Source of the DNA: Felis catus
Taxonomy: Eukaryota
Length of the DNA stretch: 64,000 nt
Direction: 5' to 3'
NCBI RefSeq assembly: GCF_018350175.1
Contig: NC_058368.1
Location: forward strand, 48,362,001-48,426,000
The translations under genes were made by a program, and so were the position numbers. The notes under the pieces are model-generated. The model saw nothing but the letters and a program-made list of their open reading frames with translations. It searched no databases and had not been told where the DNA came from. Of the stretch, positions 24,669 through 37,029 are shown piece by piece. How positions within the stretch are numbered: the stretch's first letter is position 1; the number at the start of each line of letters is the position of its first letter.

Positions 24669-25109
24669 GCATCTTCCCAGAGTCCCTGAGATCCCTGCAG
24701 AAATAAAAATAATCAAGCTAGAAAAAAAAGTAGGATAAGAATTGCATGCTTGCACTAAACAACACACAAAGTACAGGCCTAAAAACTGCACATGACCAAA
24801 CAGTAAAGTAGAAATACCATGACTGAAAAAACAAACAAATGATAAAATGAAAACAGAACCAAGTGAGGTTTTCACTCTTGCATTCCTGCCTTGGAGATTT
24901 AAGAAAAAAAGCATTATGATTCAGTTAATTATGCAAACGATAAAATTATAGTCCAATATTTGAAAAATAATAATTAATTTATTAGTTTCTATTGTTTTCC
25001 ATGTCCAGGGCTAGGCATTAATAGTAAGGTAAAAACGCATAAAATATTGCCTCTACCCTGAGGAACTTTCCAGGCTAAAGAGTTCAAACATTTCAGAGAC
25101 CGTATCGAA

Positions 25110-25312
25110 GGGCTTCATAGTGCATGGCTAAGGTCAGACTCTGGAGCTGGCTACCTGGCTTCAACCACTACCGGTTCTAGCACTTACTCGTTGCATGGTC
25201 AGTGGCCATGCCTCAGTTTTGCCATCTTTACAGTGGGGGTACTTACATCCTCTCATTCAGAGCAATGCCTGAGCACAGCATGTGCTAGACAAGCCTTGGC
25301 TGCCATGATGAT
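25110..25312 (+). mobile_element. MIR fragment
   Basis: 'cagactctggagctggctacctggcttcaa...tgcctcagttttgccatctttacagtgggg'. Confidence 0.65.
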
Positions 25313-26332
25313 CTCATCCTTGCTTACTAGAGTCCCCACGTTGGAGTGGTGATGTCTGCTCAGGGGCCCCGTGACTTGGTGTCTCATTTTCCTCTTCAGC
25401 GAGGGCAGTAACTAGTGAGAGGATTCTATGTCTCTGGGTATTCAGTCATAATGGGCCAAATGCTAAGAGACTACAATAAAGACTATCTCAAAACAGCCAG
25501 CTCTCAATTTGTGCATAACTAAAGGAAATTCATCATGAAGAAATGTAAAAGCTTAATTTTTGAAAAAAAAAGTAATGAGGGTATTGCAACATCCTTTTAA
25601 ATAGCAAGAAAAATGCAAATCATTGTAGCTGTAGTAGACTGCATTCTACATGAATCCCAGAAGAACCAGAATTTTAGAAATGCAATGTTAAACCAACGGC
25701 ACAAATTATCTGCTGATTAGGAAGTATGACCCAGTGGTTGCGAGGTGACTTCAGCTTCTTTTTTTTTTTTTTTTTTACTTTTGAGTGTATTCATTTTCAA
25801 GTTTGGTGTTGACTTCATTTCAGATGAGCGGCTGGCACGGGAAGCAAGGCAGTTTACTGGTGTCAGGGACCCTCATTTGCCAAGCCATCTCCTAAATGTG
25901 GCTGTGTTTATAAAAGTTAGGGCATCAGTTAGGGCAGGGCAAAACAGGACAGTCAATTGGACTGATTTACTATATTCTGTACACTGAGCAGTGCTGAAGA
26001 GCAGAGGCCTTAAGATTCTCTTCCTGTCACATATGTATCATTATGCTAAACATATCTGCTCCCGTGTTTGAATCATTCATACCGTGCAAAGCAAATCATG
26101 GATGGGGATTAAATCATGGCTTTTTTAGGTGACGGCATGACCAACATACGGGTTCAAGGGTTTCAAAAACAGAATTATTTCTATTTTGCCAATGTGAATT
26201 CTATGGAAAGCCAGCGTAGTCTCATTAGGATTTGTATATGCCCTACCTTCTTATCTTGACCATGAATTAATCCACAAGTATGCAGTCTGGAAATACATTT
26301 GCACAGTATTAAATTCAAATTATGCCATCTTG

Positions 26333-26556
26333 GGGGCGCCTGGGTGGCGCAGTCAGTTAAGCGTCCGACTTCAGCCAGGTCATGATCTCGCGGTCCGTGA
26401 GTTCGAGCCCCGCGTCGGGCTCTGGGCTGATGGCTCGGAGCCTGGAGCCTGTTTCCGATTCTGTGTCTCCCTCTCTCTCTGTCCCTCCCCCATTCATGCT
26501 CTGTCTCTCTCTGTCGCAAAAATAAATAAACGTTGAAAAAAAAATTTTTAAAAAAA
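26333..26556 (+). mobile_element. Young CanSINE (SINEC_Fc1-like)
   Basis: Diagnostic 'ggcgcagtc', 'ttcagccaggtca', 'ctgggctgatggctcgg'; CpGs retained; 17-bp TSD caaattatgccatcttg (26316-26332 / 26557-26573). Confidence 0.97.
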
Positions 26557-27153
26557 CAAATTATGCCATCTTGTTCTTCCTATTATCTTTCATAAAACCT
26601 TAACATCTTCATGAACTTTAACGTACTTTGCTTTGTAAACCCTATATAAGTCTAACACAGACATATCCTTAATATTGGCCATCATGTGTTAAATCTCCAC
26701 ATGTATATGTATGCTAATTCCAAACCACCTTCAATGTAACAAGCTCACAGAATACTGCTCAATTTACTTGGAATACCAACTGCATTTTTTAAAACAGACG
26801 TCAACATTTTTATTCCTGATAAGAAATGCCTGATTTCAATAAAAAGAGGGGGGAAATCACAATTCTGTTGCTGCTTCGACAGCTTAATCTCTGCAATGGG
26901 TGATCTCTATCCGACCTGAATTCTTATGTAACTCTTTTCTTACCTCTTGTGATCTGGCTTCTACCTTTACCATTTCAGTATTGGTTCTATTCAGTACGAG
27001 GGTGCTTCAGTAACTAGCCTTGTTGACACTCCCCTTCCCTTACCGGCCCACTTCCCTTACACCAGGCCTGAAATCTGAACTTCTCTTGGTGCTCTGGTCT
27101 CTGTGCTACTTCCTTTCACTCTTCCTCTCCCCTTAAGACTCTACAGGCTTTCT

Positions 27154-27375
27154 GGGGGTGCCTGGGTGGCTCAGTCGGTTAAGTGTCCAACTTCGGCTCA
27201 GGTCATCATCTCATGGCTCATGAGTTCCAGCCCTGCCTTGGGCTCTGTGCTGACAGCTCAGAGCCTGGAGCCTACTTCAGATTCTCTCTCTGTCTCTCTC
27301 TGCCCCTCCCTTGCTCGTGCTCTCCCTCTCTCCCTCTCTCTCTCAAAAATAAATAAACATTAAAAAAAAAAAAAA
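27154..27375 (+). mobile_element. CanSINE (SINEC_Fc2-like)
   Basis: Canonical head, (CT)n, poly(A); degenerate TSD aagactctacaggctttct / aagattccatgggttttct. Confidence 0.95.
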
Positions 27376-27399
27376 GATTCCATGGGTTTTCTCAAGGTT

Positions 27400-28730
27400 C
27401 ATCATGCTCATTTCTTTCCAAGTTACATCTTTACTTCTAATCTTGCCCAATTTCTAATCTTGTATTTCCAATTCCTTACTAGATATGTTCACTGAGATAT
27501 CTCACTATTAACAAACTCAAATACCTGCAAGCAAACTTATCTCCTATTACCAATTCTCCACCTATACTTCTGTTAGTAAGATGAATGGTTTTCAAGTTAC
27601 CAGAGTTCAGAGGTGCGTCAGTACTCTTGATAAGGGTTTTTCTCTTATCCCGTATAACCAATAACACTTGTTGTTCGACTTTGAAATGTCTCAACTCATC
27701 TTTATTTTCTACTGCTTTTGCAATCCCTCTAAATGACGCAGTCATTGTCATACATTTAGTACGCTTGTATCCGACGGATGCTATACATCAATCCCCGTCC
27801 CTACTAATGCACTTGACATACTGTTGAGACAGAGCCACCTGGCCAGATAAGGAAGCTGGCTCACTCAGGATCCATTCCAGCTCCTTGTTTTTTAACTTCC
27901 TAAAATAGTTTGGAAAGTTAAAAACTACATTTCCCAGAGACCCTTGTAACTATGGATCTCTGTGTGAGCGAACTTCCACCAATGCAAAGCAAGGCCAATA
28001 TGAGGAGGTGGAGTCTTCTGGCAATCATGACTGCAGATGACTTCGTTCTTCTGGGGCAGCTGGGAGATTCTGGCAACCAGTTCCAATTTAGAGGTGCAAC
28101 TGGTGAGTGGAAGGGTAAGAGAAGTCTTTTGCTAGAAGTACCCTCTGATTGTTCTGTTGACATAATATCACAGCTCCTTTTCACCATAAACTGTTAGGGT
28201 GGATTCTATTATCAGCAATTAAGAAGCCTAAAACACCTTCCTAAACCACTCCCTTCATTATATCAACCCTCATTTCGATAACCATCAAGGGGGTCTCTGA
28301 TGTCTGAATAATAAAATTCTAACTCCTTGATATCACATGAATGACCCCGATCAACGTTCTGGCCCTAACCCACTTGTACTATTTCACACCACTTTCTAAC
28401 AGAACCCTTCCCTCTAGGCTTCTAATTTTCTCCTACAATGCTCTGCCTAACCCCGTTTCACTTGTTATGAATGCTTTTTCTCTACCTCTCACATAAAACT
28501 CCTATCTTTCAAAGCACTAAACAAACCCTACCTCTGCCACGAAGCCCTCCATGACCACTTAGGCAGGCGTGATTTTTGTCTCACCTCCTCTAAACAGACA
28601 GGATATATTTATTATTAGAATTTATTTTTCTCACTGAATGTTTTGTGTTCTTCATCATTTCTTGTTTATATTCAGAAGATTTATCTCTCTAGTCTTCATT
28701 CTTGAGGAACCTTAAGTTATATCATCCACA
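27400..28730 (+). mobile_element. L2 fragments (interrupted by an LTR fragment)
   Basis: 'gtatttccaattccttactagatatgttcactgagatatctca...aaactcaa', 'ctacctctgccacgaagccctccatgacc'. Confidence 0.55.
27860..28060 (+). mobile_element. ERVL LTR fragment (LTR33/LTR41 group)
   Basis: 'aaaaactacatttcccagagacccttgtaactatgg...ttccaccaat' is typical of this LTR group. Confidence 0.5.
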
Positions 28731-28735
28731 ACTTA

Positions 28736-28945
28736 ACAACGATACAGCTAATTTATTGAACACCTACCACTTGGCAGGTGGTGTTCTAGGCACTTTTCAT
28801 ATCCCATCCTTAAAACAACCATGGAACAACCTTGCTTCATTTTATGAATGGCAAAACAAGTTCCAACAAGTTATATAGCTTGTCCAGGGTCACATAGTTA
28901 GTGAAGAGGCAGGATCCGGTTTCTAATCTTAGGTGGATGCCCAAG
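28736..28945 (-). mobile_element. MIR
   Basis: 'agctaatttattgaacacctacc...cattttatgaatgg...gcttgtccagggtcacatagttagt'. Confidence 0.75.
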
Positions 28946-29146
28946 CTGTCATGTCTCTGGGGCAAAATATAGTCCCTTTCACAAAGATGGCACTCATAGA
29001 TACTTTATCCAACTACTGACTGAATAACCAGTTTTTCAAGGAAACGTTTCTTGAGTACTTTCTATTTGCCAGGCTCTCTGCTAAGTATAAGTGTTGTTTT
29101 ATTTAATCCACTAGGCCAGCATGTGACTTGGATACTTTACATGTTT

Positions 29147-29359
29147 CTCTTTTTTCCTAATGTTCATTAATTTTTGAGACAGAGACACAGAGCATGAGCA
29201 GGGGAGGGGCAGAGAGAGAGGGAGACACAGGATCTGAAATAGGCTCCAGGCTCTGAACTGCCAGCACAGAGCCCGAGGTGGGGCTTAAACTCATGGACTG
29301 TGAGATCATGACCTGAGCCTAAGTCAGGTGCTTAATCAACTGAACCACCCAGATGCCCC
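29147..29359 (-). mobile_element. CanSINE (SINEC_Fc2-like)
   Basis: Reverse SINE; TSD atactttacatgttt (29132-29146) / atacttcacatgttt (29361-29375). Confidence 0.95.
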
Positions 29360-29550
29360 AATACTTCACATGTTTTAAAGATGAAGAAACCAGGGGCACC
29401 TGGGTGGCTCAGTTGGTTAAGCATCTGAGATCATGACCTGAGCCTAAGTCAGGTGCTTAATCAACTGAACCACCCAGATGCCCCAATACTTCACATGTTT
29501 TAAAGATGAAGAAACCAGGGGCACCTGGGTGGCTCAGTTGGTTAAGCATC
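29301..29550 (+). repeat. Perfect 2 x 125-bp tandem duplication
   Basis: 29301-29425 identical to 29426-29550; 'tga' microhomology at the junction. Confidence 0.97.
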
Positions 29551-29736
29551 TGACTTCAGCTCAGGTCATGATCTCACAGTTTGTGAGCTCGAGCCCCGCA
29601 TCAGGCTCTGTGCTGACAGCTCAGAGCCTGGAGCCTGCTTCAGATTCTGTGTCTCCCTCTCTGACTCTCCCTCACTCACACTCGGTCTTTGTCTCTCTCT
29701 CAAGAATAAATAAACATGAAAAAAATTTTTTTAAAA
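29518..29736 (+). mobile_element. CanSINE (SINEC_Fc2-like); duplicated head copy at 29393-29428
   Basis: Canonical head and tail; TSD aaagatgaagaaacca / aaaggtgaagaaaaca (29737-29752). Confidence 0.95.
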
Positions 29737-30931
29737 AAAGGTGAAGAAAACAAATACACTGCCACATAGAAAAATTAAGTTAACTTGCCAAGATCTTCAG
29801 GCCAATACATGGCATTTCTGGGACTAGAACCCAAGAGTTTGGCTCCAGTATGCATGCCCTGTGTAACAAAGCTAACACCTCCATTCTCAAGGAAATGGTG
29901 ATTTTACTGGGAGGCCATTCAATAATATGGTTCATAGAAAATGTATTTTTAAGCAAAAAATAGTAAAAATTAGTTATATCACAGTATGTTTTCTTTATAT
30001 AGGACCCCTCATGATTACTGTGACAATTTAAAATTTCTCATTTGCAAGAGATAGGAATAGCCAATGACTGAAAATTTAATGAGAAGTCATGGAAGAGAGA
30101 GGGGTGGGAAGAACAAGAGGAAGCTGGGGTTAAATAATCTCAAAAGATGATAGGATGTCAACTGACATGTTAGCCTTCCCCCTACTAGCCCACATACATT
30201 TTATTTACTAAAAATAATTACCACGTTTTCCCCTATTTAACTTAGTCTTAATATGCCCATTTTCAGTCTGTTTGTTATTGTAGTACCTTTTCCTTTGTAA
30301 AATTATCGCTACATGTAATTGGCAAATACAGGTGGTTCTATTTCTTTTGGGAACTCACGTAATTAAACTTATTTTAAATCTTGGGTTTCAAAGCAACTGA
30401 TTTAGAAGTCACAGCAGGGAATTTGAGAAGTTAGCTCTAGTTCAATCCATATTTGTCATCCCTTTAGGAGGGTCTTTTTCCTTCTTTCTCTATGCAAGTT
30501 TTGTCATTCAGGAAATCAATGAAGACACAAAATGATGACCTACATAGAAAAAACCCCACATATACCTACATCTCAAATGCAGGTGAAGGCGGAGGTGTTT
30601 TAGGAGCAAACATTCAGTGCCATAACACAGGGAGGTCCTCAGTGGCTGCTAAGAACAATTCTGTCAAGGACGGTTCTGCATGAGCATGGAGAAACCACCT
30701 TTGTGCTCATGTATCAAACAAACATCATGTTCTCTTTGTGTACACGTCTGCTTTCCAGTTCTTTTAAAAAATATTCTGTTCCTTCCATAAAATTGGTTGG
30801 ATCTCTTTTTGCATTTGTTTCAGAACCGTTCAACTTTATATATTAAATTAAAAATTAAGTAACCAGCTAGACAAATGGAAATTCTCTGCAATTAATTTTC
30901 TTATAAAATGTGGAATTTGTACCTACATATT

Positions 30932-31144
30932 TTTCAAGTTTATTTATTTAGAGAGAGAGAGGGAGAGGGAGAGAGAAAGCACAAGCAGAGGAAGGGAAGA
31001 AAAAGAGGGAGAGAGAATCCCAAGCAGGCCTCATGCCGCCAGTGCAGAGCCACATGTAGGGCTCGATCTCACCAACTGTGAGATCATGACATGAGCTGAA
31101 ACCAAGAGTTGGATGCTTAACCGACTGAGCCACCCAGGCACCCC
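30932..31144 (-). mobile_element. CanSINE (older type)
   Basis: TSD acctacatatt (30921-30931 / 31148-31158). Confidence 0.95.
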
Positions 31145-31929
31145 TACACCTACATATTCTGCTAATTATAATATGAATAAAAGTCATAGGTCAGTGAAAA
31201 CTGACTAGTGTTCATGCCTTCATAGTAAATATTATACTATAGTCTCACCAAACTGTTGAGTTCCTTTCATACTTTGTGCACATTTCAAAATAGTTTGCTG
31301 CTATTTTTGAAAGCCATTAAGACTCCATTTTCATGAAACTGCAACAATTCAAGTCATTAAAAAAACTCAAAACTACTGAGCATGACATTTCGTTTCACAT
31401 GGTGAGTTAAGAGTATATGGTGATATAAGAGTATAAAAAATGCTCCTGATAATACACAGAGATTTCACAAATTGCACCGTAAAAAGGGAAGGTTTGCACG
31501 TCTTTGTTTTTGTACAAAGTCTCTATTGTTGGTCTTTAAGTGGGACCAGGACTGCTGGTCATGTGATACTTTACATTTGGGAAGCACTTTAGAGCCCACG
31601 GAACCCCTTCAGACGTGCTATCTCATCCTATCCTCATCGAAGTCTGCAGCAAGAACAGAGGCACGATTATATTATATCCTGTAAATGAGCACTCTCAGGG
31701 GTGTGGGAGCTTGTTGGGTGTCACCAGTGCTGGTCAGAAATGAGCACCCATCCTAAACGAGTTTCCTCTTCTACCACCCAAACAGAGTTTGGAGCCAAAA
31801 GCATTTCGGAAGTCGTGTGGTCCATGCCCACCTCACCCCCAACCAGACTGAGGCACGACTTGTGCAGAGTCACTGAGTGAGATTCTGCCCACACAGGGAC
31901 TACGAACTCCTGTGCTCATCCAGAATGTA

Positions 31930-32130
31930 AAGGAAAAGAGATTTCAGTCAGGTGTGGACCCCAGTTCCAAAACACACTACCTGTGATTTGGTGTAAGTTG
32001 CCTGACCTCATTCAACTTTAGGATTTAGGATTTTATCCTTGAAGTGGGAATATTAATACCTCCCTTACATAGTTACGGGGAGGGTAAGAGCTGTGGCAGA
32101 CCTGGCTCAAAACCACTGCTCGGCACATAT
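31930..32130 (+). mobile_element. MIR fragment
   Basis: 'ctacctgtgatttggtgtaagttgcctgacctc...atccttgaagtgggaatattaatacctccc'. Confidence 0.55.
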
Positions 32131-32779
32131 TATTCTCCTTCCTTGCTTCTTTCCAACTCATTGTTTACACGAAGGTACTTACATTTCAAATTTCATTTCA
32201 TAAACTAAAAACACTTTAGCGATCCACAGTCACTTACAAAAACAGGTTTTAAGTGTCTTCGTTTGACTTCTACAGGTAATCCTCAAATTTAAAAAAATTA
32301 ATTGCTCAAAATTTTCATTATATATAGTCCTTTTCATCAAAGTACTAGATCAAACAGTAAAATTTACTATTGTTTTAATTTACACTTTCAAAACGTACAT
32401 GAAAACTCTCATCAGTCTTTTCCAGCCAATACATGTTACAACTTTATTTTTGTGACTGTCGTTTAATTGCACTGTTTAGTGATTAGAATGGAAGTTAATC
32501 CTTCCAATTATTAAGTATTTTGTGAAGTGACCCGTGCTGACACTACTTTGCAGCAAAAAAAAGCCAATGCTCTCCAGGGCGGTGGTGCTCACAACCAAGT
32601 AACGCAGATACATGTCATTGTAGAGTGCGTTCCGTCTACTGCGTGCAGTGCCGGCATGGTCCCAGAGTCAAATACTGCACCAAAAGCATCCTTAGGGAAT
32701 GTTCATGGAATGCGACAGGGCACTGCAGACCAATTTGACAAAGAAGCAGAACTCTCCACCTCACAGTCTTAATGGGAGA

Positions 32780-32900
32780 GGAAGGGGGAGTCCTTATCTC
32801 CATTTTGCAGACATGAGCATTGAGGCTGGGCAACTTGTGTACAGAACGGGCAGAGCACAGAGGTAGAACTGAAATTCAGGAGTAAGGACACCCAGTCCCT
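32780..32900 (-). mobile_element. MIR fragment
   Basis: 'ttatctccattttgcagacatgagcattgaggct...caacttg'. Confidence 0.55.
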
Positions 32901-35086
32901 GGGTTTCCACGAAATCACATTCTCTCTTCAATGGAAGTCCTTGCTATTCTTCCAGCAAACAAAAAACACACTGCATGGATAGAAACATTTTGTATTCTGA
33001 TCTTGAAATTTTTGTTGAAAAGGGGGAACTGCCCCTGGGAAAATGTGTTCTGCGTTTCAAATTTACTGGAAATAAATTTTAAAAGAATTCATTTTCATTC
33101 CCCTTAAGATTCCTAAAAGAGCCCCACTTTCACTTTTTTTGTTTTCTTCAAGTAATCTGAAACTTAAATAGAAACAAATTATGACAGACGGAGGAGGTAT
33201 GTGTATTTCACATTTTATAAAGCCCGAATAGACATTTTTTCTGGATTTAATTAATGCAACTGTATATTCACATGTCTACTCATGGAGCAAAAGCTACGAT
33301 TTATTACACTAGTGTCTAATGATGCAGTTAAAATTAGAGTATTTTTACATAAATAAGTGATACTGTACCAGAATTTCAATGCAATTTTTCATCTTCCCTC
33401 ATTGGATTGACATTTTTTTTCTGCCACATTAAATGTCTGTCATTCCAAATAAGCTGTCAGGTCACAAAAATTCATGGTCTTCTTTAGGGCAATTTTGTGG
33501 CTATTCTCCTAGAGTAAAGCCTTACAGAAGTGACCTTTAGGTATATATGGATCCTATTAGCCTCCTGCCTCTATTTATTATGCAGAGCCCTGTGCCCTGC
33601 ATATGCAGGCACCCAGTTCCTTCACCTTATCTAATTGTTCTTGCATTACTTTTCCTATACCTGGGTTTGCCTAGTTGTTAATTTTCCAATTATACTATAC
33701 TAACACATTTATGTAAATTATCCCCAAGTTTCTTTTGAAATGGGAAAAGGAATAAGAAATAAGATATTTAATTCTGTTGTCAGATCAAATGTTATGGCTA
33801 TTGCTCTGGAATTATAATCCTTGTGGACTAAGGAATACAATCATCAAAGCAGGATTCCAGTTTCCTGGCATCATGCTGGAGTAGTGTCTCAAAAATTATC
33901 CCTCACAATTTGCTACCTTAGTTAGTAGAATGCACTAACATGGCAAGCCACTGACCAAAATCAGCTGTTTTCAATTGCTTTACTCTCCACGTAATTTCCA
34001 CGTTCATATCACAGTTATGCAGACACAGCCAAATAAGCACAAATAAACCCAGCTTTAGGTCACTCATTGTGGCTCTGGGACAGACAGCAGGTTATACATT
34101 TCCAGCTATTTAGCTATAATTCCACTCTTCTCTCCACCGATTCCAACATACCAGTGAGTCTTAACCCACCCCCCCCACCCCGAGCGTACCTGCTACTTAG
34201 ATGAAAACTGCTAATTCTAGAGGTCTTTTTACAATCAAATTGTACATAGAATTCCAAAGTATAAAAGTGATAAAAGCAATTATCTAGTTAGAATAAAGGA
34301 AAATCCTTAATTATTAAGCAAATATAAAAAGAACAATGATGTGTTTTGATAAATATTAAAATCTTACGGTTTTTGTAATGACAATGGCAGCATCCGAATT
34401 ATCTTGCATTCTGTTTCAATTAGAGTATGAATGAATCTATACCCACTGAAATTTGGTGATAGATGTCAGAGTGCTTCACAGGGCTTCTTGCAATCTCAGA
34501 ATTGCTTCTAGTAGAATCATTGGGATTATCCCTGGGTGGAGAAGTATTAAATAACCTATATTCTTATTGGGAAGAAGGGAATCAAGTATCTTCCAAGGGA
34601 AGTACTCTGTATCTTGATCTGTGCGAAGGTCCTATGAGAATATTAGGCTGTACACTTAAGATCTGTATGTGTAACAACATCTATGTCACACCTTCATGCT
34701 GAAACAACGGTCCAGAAGCCTAATAAAGAGTAATGGAGATTTTTGTTTCAAAGTGAATTAACACAAATTTCTAGTGAATGTGTGTATTGTTTATCATTAT
34801 TATTAAAGTTAGGAAATAAGAGCCCAAATGATTTCCAATATCTTACCGTGGCCACATATGCCAAACATTCACGTGTCATCATACAAGTGACTGTTAGGCT
34901 GTGGGGAGGGCACATGCTGGACACATGTGCCTGACTCTGCCTGACGTTTAATTGAGTGTGGCACATGTGAGCTTTAGTAACGTACTCAGCTGGGCAATTT
35001 TATGTGAGCAGACATCTGTAGACAGGAATTTGAAAAGAACTAGTGCAAAGTGACAACCTTTATAACCAATGATCTATAATAAAGAG

Positions 35087-35286
35087 CGTGGTAACAGGAA
35101 GCAGCGACAACGGACACGTGTTGAGGTTTTCCTACGTTACGGGCCGCGTGCCGGGGTCTGGCGTTCACCGTCTCAAGAGCTGCGCGCGTGGGGACTGTAC
35201 GAGTACGAGCAGAGACGGCAGGAGATCTGCTTTGCGACCTGCCCTCAAATGAGCCGATCCGGTCGTACAAGTTAGCACGCTTCTCG
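35087..35286. other. Isolated CpG-rich patch (mini CpG island)
   Basis: About 23 CpGs and ~60% GC in 200 bp (hand count) within AT-rich, CpG-poor flanks; not a recognisable repeat. Confidence 0.75.
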
Positions 35287-37029
35287 GCTCCAAGTTTGTG
35301 ACAATACTGGTGGGCAGTTCACCTCTGTGTGATTCTGTTGTAACTGCAGTTTTAAGAAATTAAAATTCATTAAAACAAACCCTAAACACTTAAAACGGAA
35401 GGCTCTGCCAGTACCATCTTGAAAAGCACCACCCAGGCAACTTTTCTGACAGTGGATGCATATCTTTTCATCCTGGGCTGGTAGTTCACAAACTCCTTTT
35501 GTTAGCTGGCGGTAATAGTGAATAGGCTTGCAGCTGTGATGTAAATGAATTTCCTGAATCAGGCTTGCTTTTTTTTTTTTTTAAATCAACTACTGTCTTC
35601 ATGATTAATATTTTTCACATGTAAGGTTCTTGACACTTTTTATTGTATGCCCTATAAATCACCTATTATCATTAAATTAAATCTCCCTTGACATTTTTAG
35701 ACCTAAAACTCTAAATTGATTAAATTCAGGTGATCGATTATTGAAGAACAAATATATACACATGTGAATCAAACTGTGCTACACCACAGTCAACATGCTC
35801 TCCAACTTAGGGTGAAGCTATCCTTCGAGGCATAGTTATCACGCATCATTACAGAAATGCAAACTTAACAGTAAAGCCACACAGTTAAATGGCAAAAGAT
35901 ATTGGATGGTTACCAGAAGTTGCATTTACCGAGGAGGCTCAGGTCTTTCAAGCATGTTAATACATCACTCACTCAGTACATAATAGACCTCAACAGGACC
36001 TGAGAGAGAATTTAGTCTAAACCCCTTGTTTTCTGGCTAGAGAAAAGATCTACAGAGATTAGGTGACATGTTGTAGGTCTGCCACTTAATAGCAGCGGAA
36101 CTCAGTCAGCTCCTCAAGACACCTCCGAACCTATTTTGGCCCTATATTGGAATACCCTTAAAAAAAACTCCAAGTGCATAGTTATACACACCTATGAATA
36201 TATTTAGTAAAGAGGATTCAAGCATTCAGTTGGGAGTCCTCTCTCTCTCCCCCTTTCTCTATGTATTTATAAATAGAAACAGTTCAACCATGCCTGTTGT
36301 CTGATAATGTCCACTGTACTTAAATATAACTTTGAAAACATCCTTAGGCTCTCCTTTTTCTGATGAAGCAATTTCAAAAACTTTGACTTTCTGACGCTGT
36401 CAGTGGGTCATTATGACCTTTACACCATCTCTAATCCCCCATATTCCTTAAAGCATATTATAAGGATCACGCAGGAATGTTTAGATTGACCTGTCCTATG
36501 CAGAGTTTACCTTCTTTTTAACTAGCCCACAAAATTAAGAAACAATTAAGTTAACCAACTTGTTAGACTGCTTCCCTGCTCTACACTCTGCCCTGCGAGG
36601 TAAACATCTTCGTACACTCTGTCTCCGGTCAGAGCCACGTTGTTCTGCTTTGCTCTACTTCTTTAAAACTGGTTTCAAAATGAACAAAGTCTGGGTTTCG
36701 CAAGCATCAGATGTGCTAAAAAGAAAGTACTGATGCTTTTATTCCCCTGAAGTTGGGAAGACATTTGAGACCATCTTGAATCACATTTTCCCCGTGATAA
36801 GGATGGTTTTACCTGACCCACAGAGACCCTCCAGAATGACTGCTGATCTTTTGGCAGAGATTCAATGTTCAATAAATGTGAGCTTCCATGAAAGATAACA
36901 GAAATTACCGCAATGCATGGAAAAACATTAATTCACTTGAAATCTTCCCTGAATACAAATATCCTAGATATTGTAGCAGACAGAAAATGAAGCCACTCTT
37001 GGCATGTTAAAGAGTGATTTCTTGGCATA

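Larger units (their letters stand above)
29045..29870 (-). mobile_element. MIR split by two CanSINEs
   Basis: 'ttgagtactttctatttgccaggc', 'ttttaaagatgaagaaac', 'taacttgccaag...ctgggactagaacccaag...ggctccag'. Confidence 0.65.

Noticed and set aside
26181..26536. Recurrent similar ORFs (e.g. 'GAWVAQSVK...AQVMIS...SVLTAQSLEP') suggesting a gene family
   Set aside because: They are translations of CanSINE copies; the same peptides appear at every SINE in the window.
29301..29550. Repeat-spacer-repeat pattern as CRISPR-like array
   Set aside because: Mammalian context; it is a simple two-unit tandem duplication of SINE heads with no unique spacers.
30512..30582. Possible small plus-strand coding exon (KSMKTQNDDLHRKNPTYTYISNA)
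   Set aside because: Weak donor (gtgaag), no recognisable protein similarity and no partner exons.
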